Positions 49,492 through 58,323 of a stretch of DNA of 64,000 bases are shown here, in pieces. The notes under the pieces were generated by a model. The model ran no database searches and was not told the origin of the DNA. It worked only from the letters and a program-made list of their open reading frames with translations. A program made the position numbers and the translations under genes. Source of the DNA: Candidatus Poribacteria bacterium (GTDB lineage: Bacteria; Poribacteria; WGA-4E; PCPOR2b); assembly GCA_965116925.1 (NCBI GenBank), contig OZ220744.1, forward strand, positions 1,536,001-1,600,000. The letters are read 5' to 3'. Position 1 is the first letter of the stretch. Every line of letters begins with the position of its first letter.

Positions 49492-50127
49492 CTACAATCC
49501 TTGAAGAAAGGGGTTCTCACGTTTTTCTCTTCCGATCGTGGTGCGCGGACCGTGCCCGGGACATACGATCGTATCGTCGTTGAGCTGCCATAACTTTTCC
49601 CGTATGGAATCCACCAACTGTTCATAATCTCCGCCCCACAGATCCGTGCGTCCAATACTATCTTGAAAAAGCGTATCACCCGCCAAAAGAATTTTCTCTC
49701 CTTCGAGATTCAAACAGACACCGCCGGGGCTATGTCCGGGAGTTTCAATCACGGATAGCGTATACTCTCCCCACTCAATTCTATTCCCCTCACAAATGTA
49801 CCTGTCCACAGTTGGTGGTTCGGGTGCTGCGAGTCCAAACATTGTGCCTTGTAGCGTCAAATTATCCAAGAGAATCTGATCGGCTTCGTGGATGAGGACC
49901 AGTGCTCCTGTCTCTTGTTGGAGAATAGCGGTGGCGGAAACATGGTCTAGATGTCCGTGCGTGTGTATCAGGTATTTGAGCGTCAGCTGGTGTGCTTTCA
50001 GCGTTTGAAGGATACTGGTTTCGTCCCCTGGATCGATCACGACTGCTGTCTGTGTTTCACTGCAGCCGAGAATCCAGCAATTTGACTCAAAAGGCGGAAC
50101 AATTAGACATTCTAATATCAATTTCAT
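49492..50127 (-). CDS. MBL-fold metallo-hydrolase (glyoxalase II-like)
   Basis: HTHGHLDH, TPGHSPG, GDTLF and PGHG motifs. Confidence 0.92.
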   Translation of the reverse strand: MKLILECLIVPPFESNCWILGCSETQTAVVIDPGDETSILQTLKAHQLTLKYLIHTHGHLDHVSATAILQQETGALVLIHEADQILLDNLTLQGTMFGLAAPEPPTVDRYICEGNRIEWGEYTLSVIETPGHSPGGVCLNLEGEKILLAGDTLFQDSIGRTDLWGGDYEQLVDSIREKLWQLNDDTIVCPGHGPRTTIGREKRENPFLQGL

Positions 50128-50247
50128 TGATTCACCCCAATGGATTTTATCATACCAGTTTTTCACTTGTCTATAGGTATATCAACCGAAGCAAGTATTT
50201 ATGGTAGATTTTAGAAGTAATGGGATACGCCAAACCGGTGCGGTTAC

Positions 50248-50364
50248 ATGAGATTTAAGTATTTAAATCGGTAATCTCGATTTTCCTCGAAACACACGGT
50301 AGGCGCGGTTTTCAACCGCGCCGGTGTCGCTAGCAAATTACCGAACTATTTTTTTAATCTTCAT
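50248..50364. mobile_element. 117-bp MITE family B inserted into a REP hairpin loop
   Basis: Splits GGTGCGGTTAC/CAAACCGCACC; the intact hairpin is near 36113. Confidence 0.8.
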
Positions 50365-50488
50365 CAAACCGCACCTACCGGGGGCGCAAGTGTTTCTTTA
50401 TTTTTAGAATTCACCCTATTTGCATTTCAATTTGGAAAGATGGAAGAAGAGAGAGGAAGGGAAGGGAGTGTAGAAGCAGTATAATTTA

Positions 50489-50852
50489 GGGCGTATTGAC
50501 ATTTGTAAAGCTGCTCATTCGGCAAACGCTGTAATCAGCAGTCAATCTGCCAAATGTAGCGCAAACTGTTAGTTTGCAGGCGGGGATCACAATTTAACAG
50601 ATCGTGTTACAAAAGGAGATTGTAGGTCGAGATTCATATCTCGACAAAATACTGAAACATCATAGGTGTTGTCGATTTTGGAAAATCGACCTACAGCACT
50701 TTGAAAGCGTCCCTAGCCTCCCCGATGGAATCGGGACAGGCGGAACGGACTCTGACGTGTGACCAAAAGGTTAGGAGATCCAATCCCTACGAAGAATCAC
50801 GCGTTTGTGCACCTTCTTGATGGTATGGTTGCGATGAAATGTCAACAGAACC
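50489..50852 (+). mobile_element. MITE family A, both ends present
   Basis: GGGCGTATTGACATTT ... AAATGTCAACAGAACC, flanked by TA on both sides. Confidence 0.8.
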
Positions 50853-50970
50853 TAGTGCTCTGTCAGGCAAATTATGATTGTCTATATGGATTGAGACTCA
50901 TAATACTTCGTAGGGGTCGGGTCACCCGACCCCCTTGTTGATATGCAAAACTTATATGACTGAGTACTAG
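50852..50970. mobile_element. MITE-like element H (CTAGTGCTCTGTCA..TGACTGAGTACTAG)
   Basis: Imperfect 14-bp TIR enclosing a GTAG hairpin at 50910-50934; single copy in this window. Confidence 0.55.
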
Positions 50971-50974
50971 CGTA

Positions 50975-51553
50975 CTAGAACTGCCAGTTGCTAATCAGTA
51001 GGTGCATCGCCAAACCCGAAATTAACGGAATCGTTACATTATCATCGACTCCGGTGGGCAGGAGTTCGATTAATGTTGCAACGAGTGCGCCGACGATTGC
51101 AACGATTGGGTGAAGCCCTATTAGCAGCGCAACCGCTGTGCACACGATAAAACAGGCGAGGCTGCCCTCTAGACTTTTTCGGGAAAAGAGTTTAATCCGT
51201 CCCCACTGCTTCCCGATTAACGCTGCAAAAAGGTCTCCCAAGGTGAGAAAGCAGAGACAAACGATTGCCAGCGTTTTGTCAAAGAGAAGTATGCAGAGGA
51301 AGGATCCGATAAGGTAGTATGTTGCACCGGTGAGCCCGCCTCTCTGTTCTTGAGAGCGTAGTATCGGGGAAAAGATACGGATGAACATCGCCCGAAAGGC
51401 TGGCAGAAGTACCTTGAGCAGTTCAACCCCCAGAGCGATAGCTAGGAGGGCACCGACAGCGATAGTGGCTGTGTGCCGCGTTGTGAAGACGTATAGGATA
51501 GGAAGGATTAACCCCAAAAGATGGATACTTTTGCGCCTTAACTCTCGTGCCAT
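50975..51553 (-). CDS. Phytol/dolichol kinase-like (CTP_transf_1) membrane protein
   Basis: RRKSIH, GD..AALIG, KSLEGS and DDN motifs. Confidence 0.85.
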   Translation of the reverse strand: MARELRRKSIHLLGLILPILYVFTTRHTATIAVGALLAIALGVELLKVLLPAFRAMFIRIFSPILRSQEQRGGLTGATYYLIGSFLCILLFDKTLAIVCLCFLTLGDLFAALIGKQWGRIKLFSRKSLEGSLACFIVCTAVALLIGLHPIVAIVGALVATLIELLPTGVDDNVTIPLISGLAMHLLISNWQF

Positions 51554-51732
51554 GATATTATCGCCTACTTTCTACGTTATATTCTTAGACGATTATATCT
51601 ATAGGCAAGAATTGTACCAACCGACACAAACTTCGGAAGGTTGGAAAAACAGAGGGGTAAACCGTAACATCTATCTGAAATACGCCCCATTTACTATGCA
51701 AAGTTTACAAATGTGTGCAAAATTTGCATACA

Positions 51733-52551
51733 TCACGCTGCTTCAAGCACATTTTCCGGAAGATTCTCTAACCGTCCCATCCAATACCCGACATCGAACT
51801 TATCATCCCCGATTAGGAATCGCCAGAACTTAATTCGGTTGACAATCTCAAGACGGACATCGTTGCCGTACCACTTGTGATTTTTGCTCAGAATGCCCGG
51901 AATTGATGGATCATCAAGATCATCGGTATTCCAGAGGCATATCTGGCGCACCGTTGGATTCAGCCGTAACTTGAACATATACCGCATGCGGTCGGTCAGA
52001 TTGGGTTGGGCGCAATGCCAGATGCCGTGATGGACCACAAAAACTGTACCCGCTTTGCATACGATTGGCAGCTGCTCTAGGAAGTTGTGATACCGAGCGA
52101 CGTCCGACTCGCAGACGCGTCGGTAGTGGCTGCCCGGCAGGATCATCGTGCCGCCCATTTCACGGGGTGTATCGTGCGCGAAATAGAAGAACTGAATGTC
52201 AAAGTGCATGCGGGTGTCGATAATCGCATCTGCATGCCAGTGTTGTCCCCTGTCGTTAGAAGCCTTGACAGTGTGGACGGCGTGGTGGTCGTAGAGCGGT
52301 TCGGGTCCAACCAGACTGTGGATCATCCCTTGAACCTCAGGGAGCTGAAAGACAGACCCAATAGGGGAAGATTGGGGCCAAATTTTGCCCAAGGGGACGC
52401 CTGCGGTTCCGCGTCCAATCCCGTGGTCCTCCATCTCGGCATGGACAGCTTCGTTCAGGTCCGTAGGGACCAACTCATCGAAGCGAAGGTATCCATCAGC
52501 GACGAAATGCGCCATCTGTTTGGAGTCCAGCAAATACTTTTTATCAATCAT
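51733..52551 (-). CDS. PhyH family dioxygenase
   Basis: WHAD, LPGSH and IWHC..N...RY motifs; start at MIDKK overlaps the upstream small ORF. Confidence 0.85.
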   Translation of the reverse strand: MIDKKYLLDSKQMAHFVADGYLRFDELVPTDLNEAVHAEMEDHGIGRGTAGVPLGKIWPQSSPIGSVFQLPEVQGMIHSLVGPEPLYDHHAVHTVKASNDRGQHWHADAIIDTRMHFDIQFFYFAHDTPREMGGTMILPGSHYRRVCESDVARYHNFLEQLPIVCKAGTVFVVHHGIWHCAQPNLTDRMRYMFKLRLNPTVRQICLWNTDDLDDPSIPGILSKNHKWYGNDVRLEIVNRIKFWRFLIGDDKFDVGYWMGRLENLPENVLEAA

Positions 52552-52825
52552 CAATTTCCTCCATTTTTTCGAGAATGTATTCAAATCTGAGATATGAAGT
52601 ACTGTATTCCATGCCCGGATAGGCGGGGAATTGCTGTGGGAATTGAACCACGCGCCAGCCGCCCTGCATCGCTTCGACGACGGAATTATAGGGCGGCTTA
52701 TCGCTGTCGCCTGTTGTGGGATTCGTTTGTCCCGTCCCGTCATACATCGACCAAGCGACAACATTGCTGTTCAGATCGGGTGTGTGCAGATAAAGCACAA
52801 GAATTTTCTGTCGTAACTGCGGCAT
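52544..52825 (-). CDS. Small hypothetical protein coupled to PhyH
   Basis: 93 aa; stop overlaps the PhyH start; GGAAGG RBS. Confidence 0.7.
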   Translation of the reverse strand: MPQLRQKILVLYLHTPDLNSNVVAWSMYDGTGQTNPTTGDSDKPPYNSVVEAMQGGWRVVQFPQQFPAYPGMEYSTSYLRFEYILEKMEEIDD

Positions 52826-52856
52826 CACACTACCTTCCAATATGTTTTGTGGACGT

Positions 52857-54014
52857 TCAATCTATACGCCGGGAAGCAACTACATCTTCATTCAGCTTTG
52901 ACCCCAGTCCGGGCAGATCCGATGGGATAAGTTCGCCATTCTCAATTTGGAGCGGCGGATCGATTAGGTCCTGTTCCCACGCTGCCTCCGGTGCGGTGCC
53001 GGCATACTCCATATAGGCCAGATTCGGTATGGTCGTGCAGACGTGAGCGGTCGCCCGCGCGAGCACGGGCCCACACCAGTTGTGTGGTGCCATCTTGACA
53101 TCGTGCGCCTCCGCCATAGCGGCGACTTTGAATGTCTCAAGAATACCACCATTATTTCCTACTTCTGACTGAAGAAACTGAATTCCGCTGCCGGCGAGAA
53201 CCTTTTCTGCACTCCGCCGTTCGGAGAGCAGTTCCCCTGTGGCAATAGGTATCGTAGTCGAATCCACGACCTGCTTGATGAGGTTGGGCTGATCCGGCGG
53301 ATTGGTCGGTTCTTCAAAGAAGAAAGGGTTTAATGGCTCCAGTGCTTTGACGGTCATCAGCGCACCTTCGAGGCTAAACCTTGCGTGGGCGTCAATCGCC
53401 ATGTTGAAGTCTGCGCCGAGCGCATTCCGCATTGCTTCCACCTCTTTAATGGCTCCGTCTAGCTGCGCTGTCTCTGGCGTGCCTTGAATCCCATAGTATC
53501 CGAATGGATCCCATTTGAACATATCGAAGCCCATCTCTTTTGTGCTTACTGCCCGCTCGACCCGTTCCTCGACGGTCTTGGAATCAGCGAAAACGCCGTG
53601 ATTCGCGTAGAGTGGGATTCGTTCCCGGACGCATCCACCAAGCAGGGTATAGATGGGGAGCCCTGCCACCTGACCCAAAATATCCCACATTGCAATCTCA
53701 ATGGCACTGACCGCCGCGAACCACTCCCAACCTGAGCCACGCTGAGAAGCACGATTCAGAAAGGCTTCAATCTCCAGCGGATTAGTGCCTTCAAGCTCTC
53801 CCGCAATTGAATCCACGAATTCGCGGATTGCCAGTGATCGCGCCTCTCCAGAGGCGTGGCATTCTCCGATACCGTCAATCCCCTGATCTGTCCGAATCCT
53901 AACAATCAGAAATGCGTATCCACGGGTTGTTGGCTTAATCAAAATCGGTTCTACTGTGTCGATTTTTATGGGGTGCTTTGCTTTCGATACTACTTCTGAG
54001 TGAGATCCTTCCAT
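52857..54014 (-). CDS. Mandelate racemase/muconate-lactonizing enzyme family dehydratase
   Basis: GIGE, AMWDILG, KWDP, DAH, EEP and ATGE motifs. Confidence 0.9.
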   Translation of the reverse strand: MEGSHSEVVSKAKHPIKIDTVEPILIKPTTRGYAFLIVRIRTDQGIDGIGECHASGEARSLAIREFVDSIAGELEGTNPLEIEAFLNRASQRGSGWEWFAAVSAIEIAMWDILGQVAGLPIYTLLGGCVRERIPLYANHGVFADSKTVEERVERAVSTKEMGFDMFKWDPFGYYGIQGTPETAQLDGAIKEVEAMRNALGADFNMAIDAHARFSLEGALMTVKALEPLNPFFFEEPTNPPDQPNLIKQVVDSTTIPIATGELLSERRSAEKVLAGSGIQFLQSEVGNNGGILETFKVAAMAEAHDVKMAPHNWCGPVLARATAHVCTTIPNLAYMEYAGTAPEAAWEQDLIDPPLQIENGELIPSDLPGLGSKLNEDVVASRRID

Positions 54015-54244
54015 CGTTTTCCCTTCTTTTAAGAATTGAGCATAAACAATGAAAAGTATTATATCGTTATCTGTTGGCATTGTAAAGTGTATTCTGCCTA
54101 CCAATGTGCGCTTAGGGCACCGGGGGAACTATTAACGGGTGATTGGTTTCAAGAGGAAATAGTTCCAACTGATTAGAATCGGCAAGCAGTTATGCAATCC
54201 ACATCCAGTTTTTTTTCTCCTGCTAAATTTTTCGCATTTTTTCC

Positions 54245-54283
54245 TTGACAGTCCTTTTCACAGATGCTAAAATATTAGCATCT
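54245..54283 (+). promoter_or_regulatory. Sigma70 promoter with palindromic operator (likely BlaI site)
   Basis: TTGACA(54245)-17 bp-TAAAAT(54268); the inverted repeat AGATGCTAA-aata-TTAGCATCT overlaps the -10. Confidence 0.75.
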
Positions 54284-54371
54284 TATTAAAAAGAAGGTTG
54301 CTTGGTAAGCAGATTGCTCTGAATCTTGATGTAATTAGGGCTTACCTCCACGCATCCTAAGAGAGGACAGC

Positions 54372-54761
54372 ATGGAAGATTATCGTATCGCAAAACTGAG
54401 CCGTCGTGAGCGACAGATTATGGACATTATTTACCAACACGGTCAGGTGTCCGTTGCCGATGTGCTTGAAAACCTTCCAGATGCACCGAGCTATTCAACA
54501 GTGCGGGCGTTGCTGCGGATTCTGGAGGAGAAAGGACATCTGACCCACCAAAAAGATGGTCCCCGCTACATCTATCGTCCGACGCAACCGCGCCATCAGG
54601 CGGGACAGTCCGCGCTCAAACAGGTTGTTCAGACTTTTTTCGATAAATCTGTGGAACGAACAGTTGCAGCATTAGTTTCTGATGCAGAAGTTTCAGACGA
54701 GGAACTTGACCGTTTAAGCCAACTCATTGAGCAAGCGAAAAAAGGAGGACCTCCATCATGA
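54372..54761 (+). CDS. BlaI/MecI/CopY family repressor
   Basis: LSRRERQIMDIIY, SYSTVRALLRILEEKG and YIYRP motifs. Confidence 0.92.
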   Translation: MEDYRIAKLSRRERQIMDIIYQHGQVSVADVLENLPDAPSYSTVRALLRILEEKGHLTHQKDGPRYIYRPTQPRHQAGQSALKQVVQTFFDKSVERTVAALVSDAEVSDEELDRLSQLIEQAKKGGPPS

Positions 54762-57700
54762 TACCGTTGATTGAGACATTAGAAACCAACCTATGGCTAC
54801 AATTCTTGATTGATGCGACAATGAAAAGTGTTGTGATCTTCGTCGTGGCGGGGTTATTCGGACTCGTTCTGCGTCGTCGTTCAGCGGCGGTGCGCGGTTT
54901 GGTTTGGAGCTTGGCAATCCTCGGCTCCCTTATCGTGCCGTTATTCTCGTTTACACTTCCGCAGTGGGAAGTTGGGGTTCTACCGGCAACACCAGTAGAA
55001 TTTGAAGAGACCCGGTTCGCAGATAACAGTCAAACATCTGCACCATCCGTTTCAATTGCGTCGCGCTCGTTATCGTCGTCCACTGCGTCCCCAACACCGG
55101 TTCAACCAAAACCCGTAACTAGTGGGAGTGGCACCTCTCAATCCAATATGTTAGGAACAGGTTTCACTTCGTTCCATTGGACCGATTGGTTAGCAGTGTG
55201 TTGGGCAGCAGGTGCGCTGTTTTTGATCGCTCGTTTGATTGTGGGAATTGGTGCTGTTTGGAACCTCTCCACACGTAGCGGTAATTTCAACGGTTCAATT
55301 TCACAGGTGCATCCCGACTGGAAGTCCCCGGTCAGTATCCGCCAGAGTAAGGCAGTCACGGTGCCGATGGTATGGGGATTGTTTCGCCCGGTGATTCTGT
55401 TGCCTGCCGATGCGGAGGAGTGGAGCCCTGAACAACAACGTGCTGTAATGCTTCACGAATTGGCGCACATCCAACGGCAGGACTGGTTAATGCAGATGAT
55501 GGCACAAATAACCTGTGCGGTGTACTGGTTTAACCCACTCTTATGGTTTGCCATGCGTCAGATGCGGAGAGAAGTCGAGCGTGCATGTGATGACCATGTA
55601 CTCAATGCGGGGTATCAATCAACCGACTATGCCCAACATCTGCTCGATATTGTCCGAAACATTAGAAAGGCAGGCACTGCTACAAGATCCGCTGTAGCCA
55701 TGGCACGTTCTTCAAAAATTGAAGAGAGGCTTCAAACGGTTCTCGCTGAAAACCGGAATCGAGGACCAATGACGAAAGTCGCTGTGGTATTCGGACTACT
55801 CGTGCTTACCTCCCTTGCTGTACCTATGGGTATGATGCAGTTGGCAGAAGCGGTGGGCCCCGAACAGGCATTGTATAAGGAAATTCAAGCGGCGGACAAC
55901 TTCCAACTAGAGCCGCTACCAGAGAATGCACCAGAAGCAGAGCAAGCAGCGCAACTGGAACAGCTTCAACAGAACTTGGAACGTGGTCTTCAACTCTGCG
56001 AGCAGTTCCTTAATACCTATTTGGAGAGCGACCGATATGATGAAGTTTTTTATAAAAAACTCAGATACATGAAGGCTCTGAGACGTGACACCGAATTTGA
56101 GGAGGGTGTTGAAGCATTTTTCTCAGAACATCCGGACTCGAAATATGCCGGCAAGGTCCGTAAACTCCGTGCGTATCACCTTGAAAGTCAGTTCAAACAC
56201 GACGAAGCCCTTGCGGAATGGGACAAGATTGATGATCCCATGTTGCTACTTGAAAAGTACGAGAGAAAAGCAACCATTTACGCCGGGATGGGTAATTCGG
56301 AAAAAGCGAAGGAATTTAATCTGCTGCGCGCAGAACTTATCCTAGGTAAATCTTCACCCGAATTTTCGCAGATTATAGAAGCAGACAAGCGACGCATGGA
56401 AGCAGACCGGAAACAGGATATGTACTGGAAAGATTTCTTTGCCTCCCTTAAATCGTACGTGGCGGTGAAAGCAGATGGTGAGATTTTCACAGGTATTATC
56501 TTGAGTCAAGTCGGTCATATTCTTGTGCCCGCAAATGTGACAAAGGCAGAAACAATTCACGCCAAAATTAGCGAGTATCAACCTGCCAACGTTATCGCGC
56601 TTGACTTGGAGAGCGGATTGGCGGTGGTGCAGGTTGATGGGCAGAGGGAGCTACGTCCCGTCGTTCTTGGGAACATAGACGACCTGCAAGAATACGCCCC
56701 GATTCCGCACCTTTACCCGGAGGTTGGTTCCACCTCCCCGAGCATAATTGGTTACACCTACCCGACCATAAACGTGATTTCCACACGCGGCTATCCCAAT
56801 GCCCCTAATCTCCCCCCAGAATTTCATCAAAACGCTTTTGAAACCCCAACCTATCGGGGAGGCAGTATCCAAGAGATCGAAATCGACGATGGTGGGAAAG
56901 TGGCAGCGCTGCAAGCTGGAACTCCGACTGGTAAAATTATTGGAGGCGATGCTTTCGTCTACTATGACGGACGGCTGCTTGCGGTTGCCGTTGACAGTGA
57001 AGTGCGCTACGAATTTGGGTCAGCAATTACCGATCCTCTACCAATCGACCAAATTCGTGCCGCGCTTGAACGAATGAACATAGTCGACTTGGTTGAAATC
57101 GGTGCCTTGCACCCACAATCAGAAAAACTACCGACAATTGACGAACTAGCTAAGAACATCCAGCGGTATGATGCCCGAATTAATCGCGGGCAAGGCACAA
57201 TAAAATTCATACGTCATTATCCCGACAAGAATCATGATGATGTAACGAATCGGACCCAATCCTTCCTGTACGCTTTCGATGGCACAAAAGTTCGATTTTC
57301 GTATACTGAACCTGAAGGAGCGTTTGTGCGAAAAGTGGACTACATCGCCGATGATGAGAGGGCCATCCGCGTAGACAGCCAATCGTCATTCGTGTGGATT
57401 TATGACCGACATCAGAAGGTCTTCGATCTCAATAGCATGTCTCCTTTTCGATGGGGACTAGCAGTCTATCACAAAAAAAGCTGGATACCTGTCGGGGATT
57501 ATCTCCACCTTTATGGACAAAAGGTGTTAGGACGCGAAGCCGTAGACGAAGATTGGTGCTACGTCGTGGAGACGTTACAGGGCAATAGCCACGAAAAGTT
57601 CTGGATTGACTTTAACCAGGGTTACAGGCTCCGAAGATATGAGGTAAAGACCCAAAAGAACTTTATGGTACGCGAAATCCAATATATCTCCGTTGCCCCT

Positions 57701-57988
57701 GATGTATGGTTCCCGCAATCGGCACGTGAGAAATACTACGACGTTAAATCTGAAACGGGAGAGCGGACATTGAAGCTTGATGCTGAAGTCAACCTCAGTT
57801 TTGAAATTAATACCCCATTACCCGAAGCACTGTTTACTCTCACCGGTTTCAACCTGCCACCCGATACCCGAATTATAGATTCGCGAGGCGGTGAGGACAA
57901 ATCTTATACAGTTGCGGACTTTGAAAGCGGGCACATTGAGGAGCGAGCCGAGAAATTACCGTCTGTTGAGGAGTTAGAGGACAATTGA
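54758..57988 (+). CDS. M56 (BlaR1-like) metallopeptidase with large mosaic C-terminal region
   Basis: TM helices; LHELAHIQR, WFNP and ERACDD; ATGA overlap with blaI. Confidence 0.88.
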   Translation: MIPLIETLETNLWLQFLIDATMKSVVIFVVAGLFGLVLRRRSAAVRGLVWSLAILGSLIVPLFSFTLPQWEVGVLPATPVEFEETRFADNSQTSAPSVSIASRSLSSSTASPTPVQPKPVTSGSGTSQSNMLGTGFTSFHWTDWLAVCWAAGALFLIARLIVGIGAVWNLSTRSGNFNGSISQVHPDWKSPVSIRQSKAVTVPMVWGLFRPVILLPADAEEWSPEQQRAVMLHELAHIQRQDWLMQMMAQITCAVYWFNPLLWFAMRQMRREVERACDDHVLNAGYQSTDYAQHLLDIVRNIRKAGTATRSAVAMARSSKIEERLQTVLAENRNRGPMTKVAVVFGLLVLTSLAVPMGMMQLAEAVGPEQALYKEIQAADNFQLEPLPENAPEAEQAAQLEQLQQNLERGLQLCEQFLNTYLESDRYDEVFYKKLRYMKALRRDTEFEEGVEAFFSEHPDSKYAGKVRKLRAYHLESQFKHDEALAEWDKIDDPMLLLEKYERKATIYAGMGNSEKAKEFNLLRAELILGKSSPEFSQIIEADKRRMEADRKQDMYWKDFFASLKSYVAVKADGEIFTGIILSQVGHILVPANVTKAETIHAKISEYQPANVIALDLESGLAVVQVDGQRELRPVVLGNIDDLQEYAPIPHLYPEVGSTSPSIIGYTYPTINVISTRGYPNAPNLPPEFHQNAFETPTYRGGSIQEIEIDDGGKVAALQAGTPTGKIIGGDAFVYYDGRLLAVAVDSEVRYEFGSAITDPLPIDQIRAALERMNIVDLVEIGALHPQSEKLPTIDELAKNIQRYDARINRGQGTIKFIRHYPDKNHDDVTNRTQSFLYAFDGTKVRFSYTEPEGAFVRKVDYIADDERAIRVDSQSSFVWIYDRHQKVFDLNSMSPFRWGLAVYHKKSWIPVGDYLHLYGQKVLGREAVDEDWCYVVETLQGNSHEKFWIDFNQGYRLRRYEVKTQKNFMVREIQYISVAPDVWFPQSAREKYYDVKSETGERTLKLDAEVNLSFEINTPLPEALFTLTGFNLPPDTRIIDSRGGEDKSYTVADFESGHIEERAEKLPSVEELEDN

Positions 57989-57992
57989 AGGC

Positions 57993-58217
57993 GAAGCACT
58001 CACGCTCAAATATATTGATGGAACAACAGTCTTAAAATCAGATAAAGGGGCGAACGGAAAAGTAGAATTCAAAGTCTTATTCCTTGGCTTTTGGGCGACC
58101 TTTTGTGCCCCATGCCTTGTAGAAATGGAATACCTCCAGCAGTTTCGCGAAAGGTATAGTGAGCAAGGCTTGGGGTTAAAAATAAAAAATCTCGCGGCGC
58201 GTGCTAAATTTGCGTAA
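57993..58217 (+). pseudogene. Frameshifted/truncated TlpA-like redoxin fragment
   Basis: The +1 frame relative to M56 reads EALTLKYIDG...LFLGFWATFCAPCLVEMEYLQQFRERYSEQGL, then runs into a MITE end at 58172. Confidence 0.7.
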
Positions 58218-58323
58218 GTCCTGATAATATTCGCATTGTTTCTCTGCTTTTAGGATTGTCCTTTATCCGGTACAGACGTTTAAGCCAACTCATTGAGCAA
58301 GCGAAAAAAGGAGGACCTTCATC

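Noticed and set aside
4145..50970. CRISPR array among the many repeats
   Set aside because: The repeats are dispersed hairpins and TIRs, not regularly spaced direct repeats with unique spacers; no cas genes.
54105..54200. Possible riboswitch or tRNA in long spacers (also 8310-8630 and 14080-14330)
   Set aside because: I could not identify conserved riboswitch or tRNA motifs by eye; an Infernal/Rfam scan would be needed.
57986..57988. Selenocysteine/readthrough joining M56 to the redoxin fragment
   Set aside because: The redoxin is in the +1 frame, so TGA readthrough would not join them.
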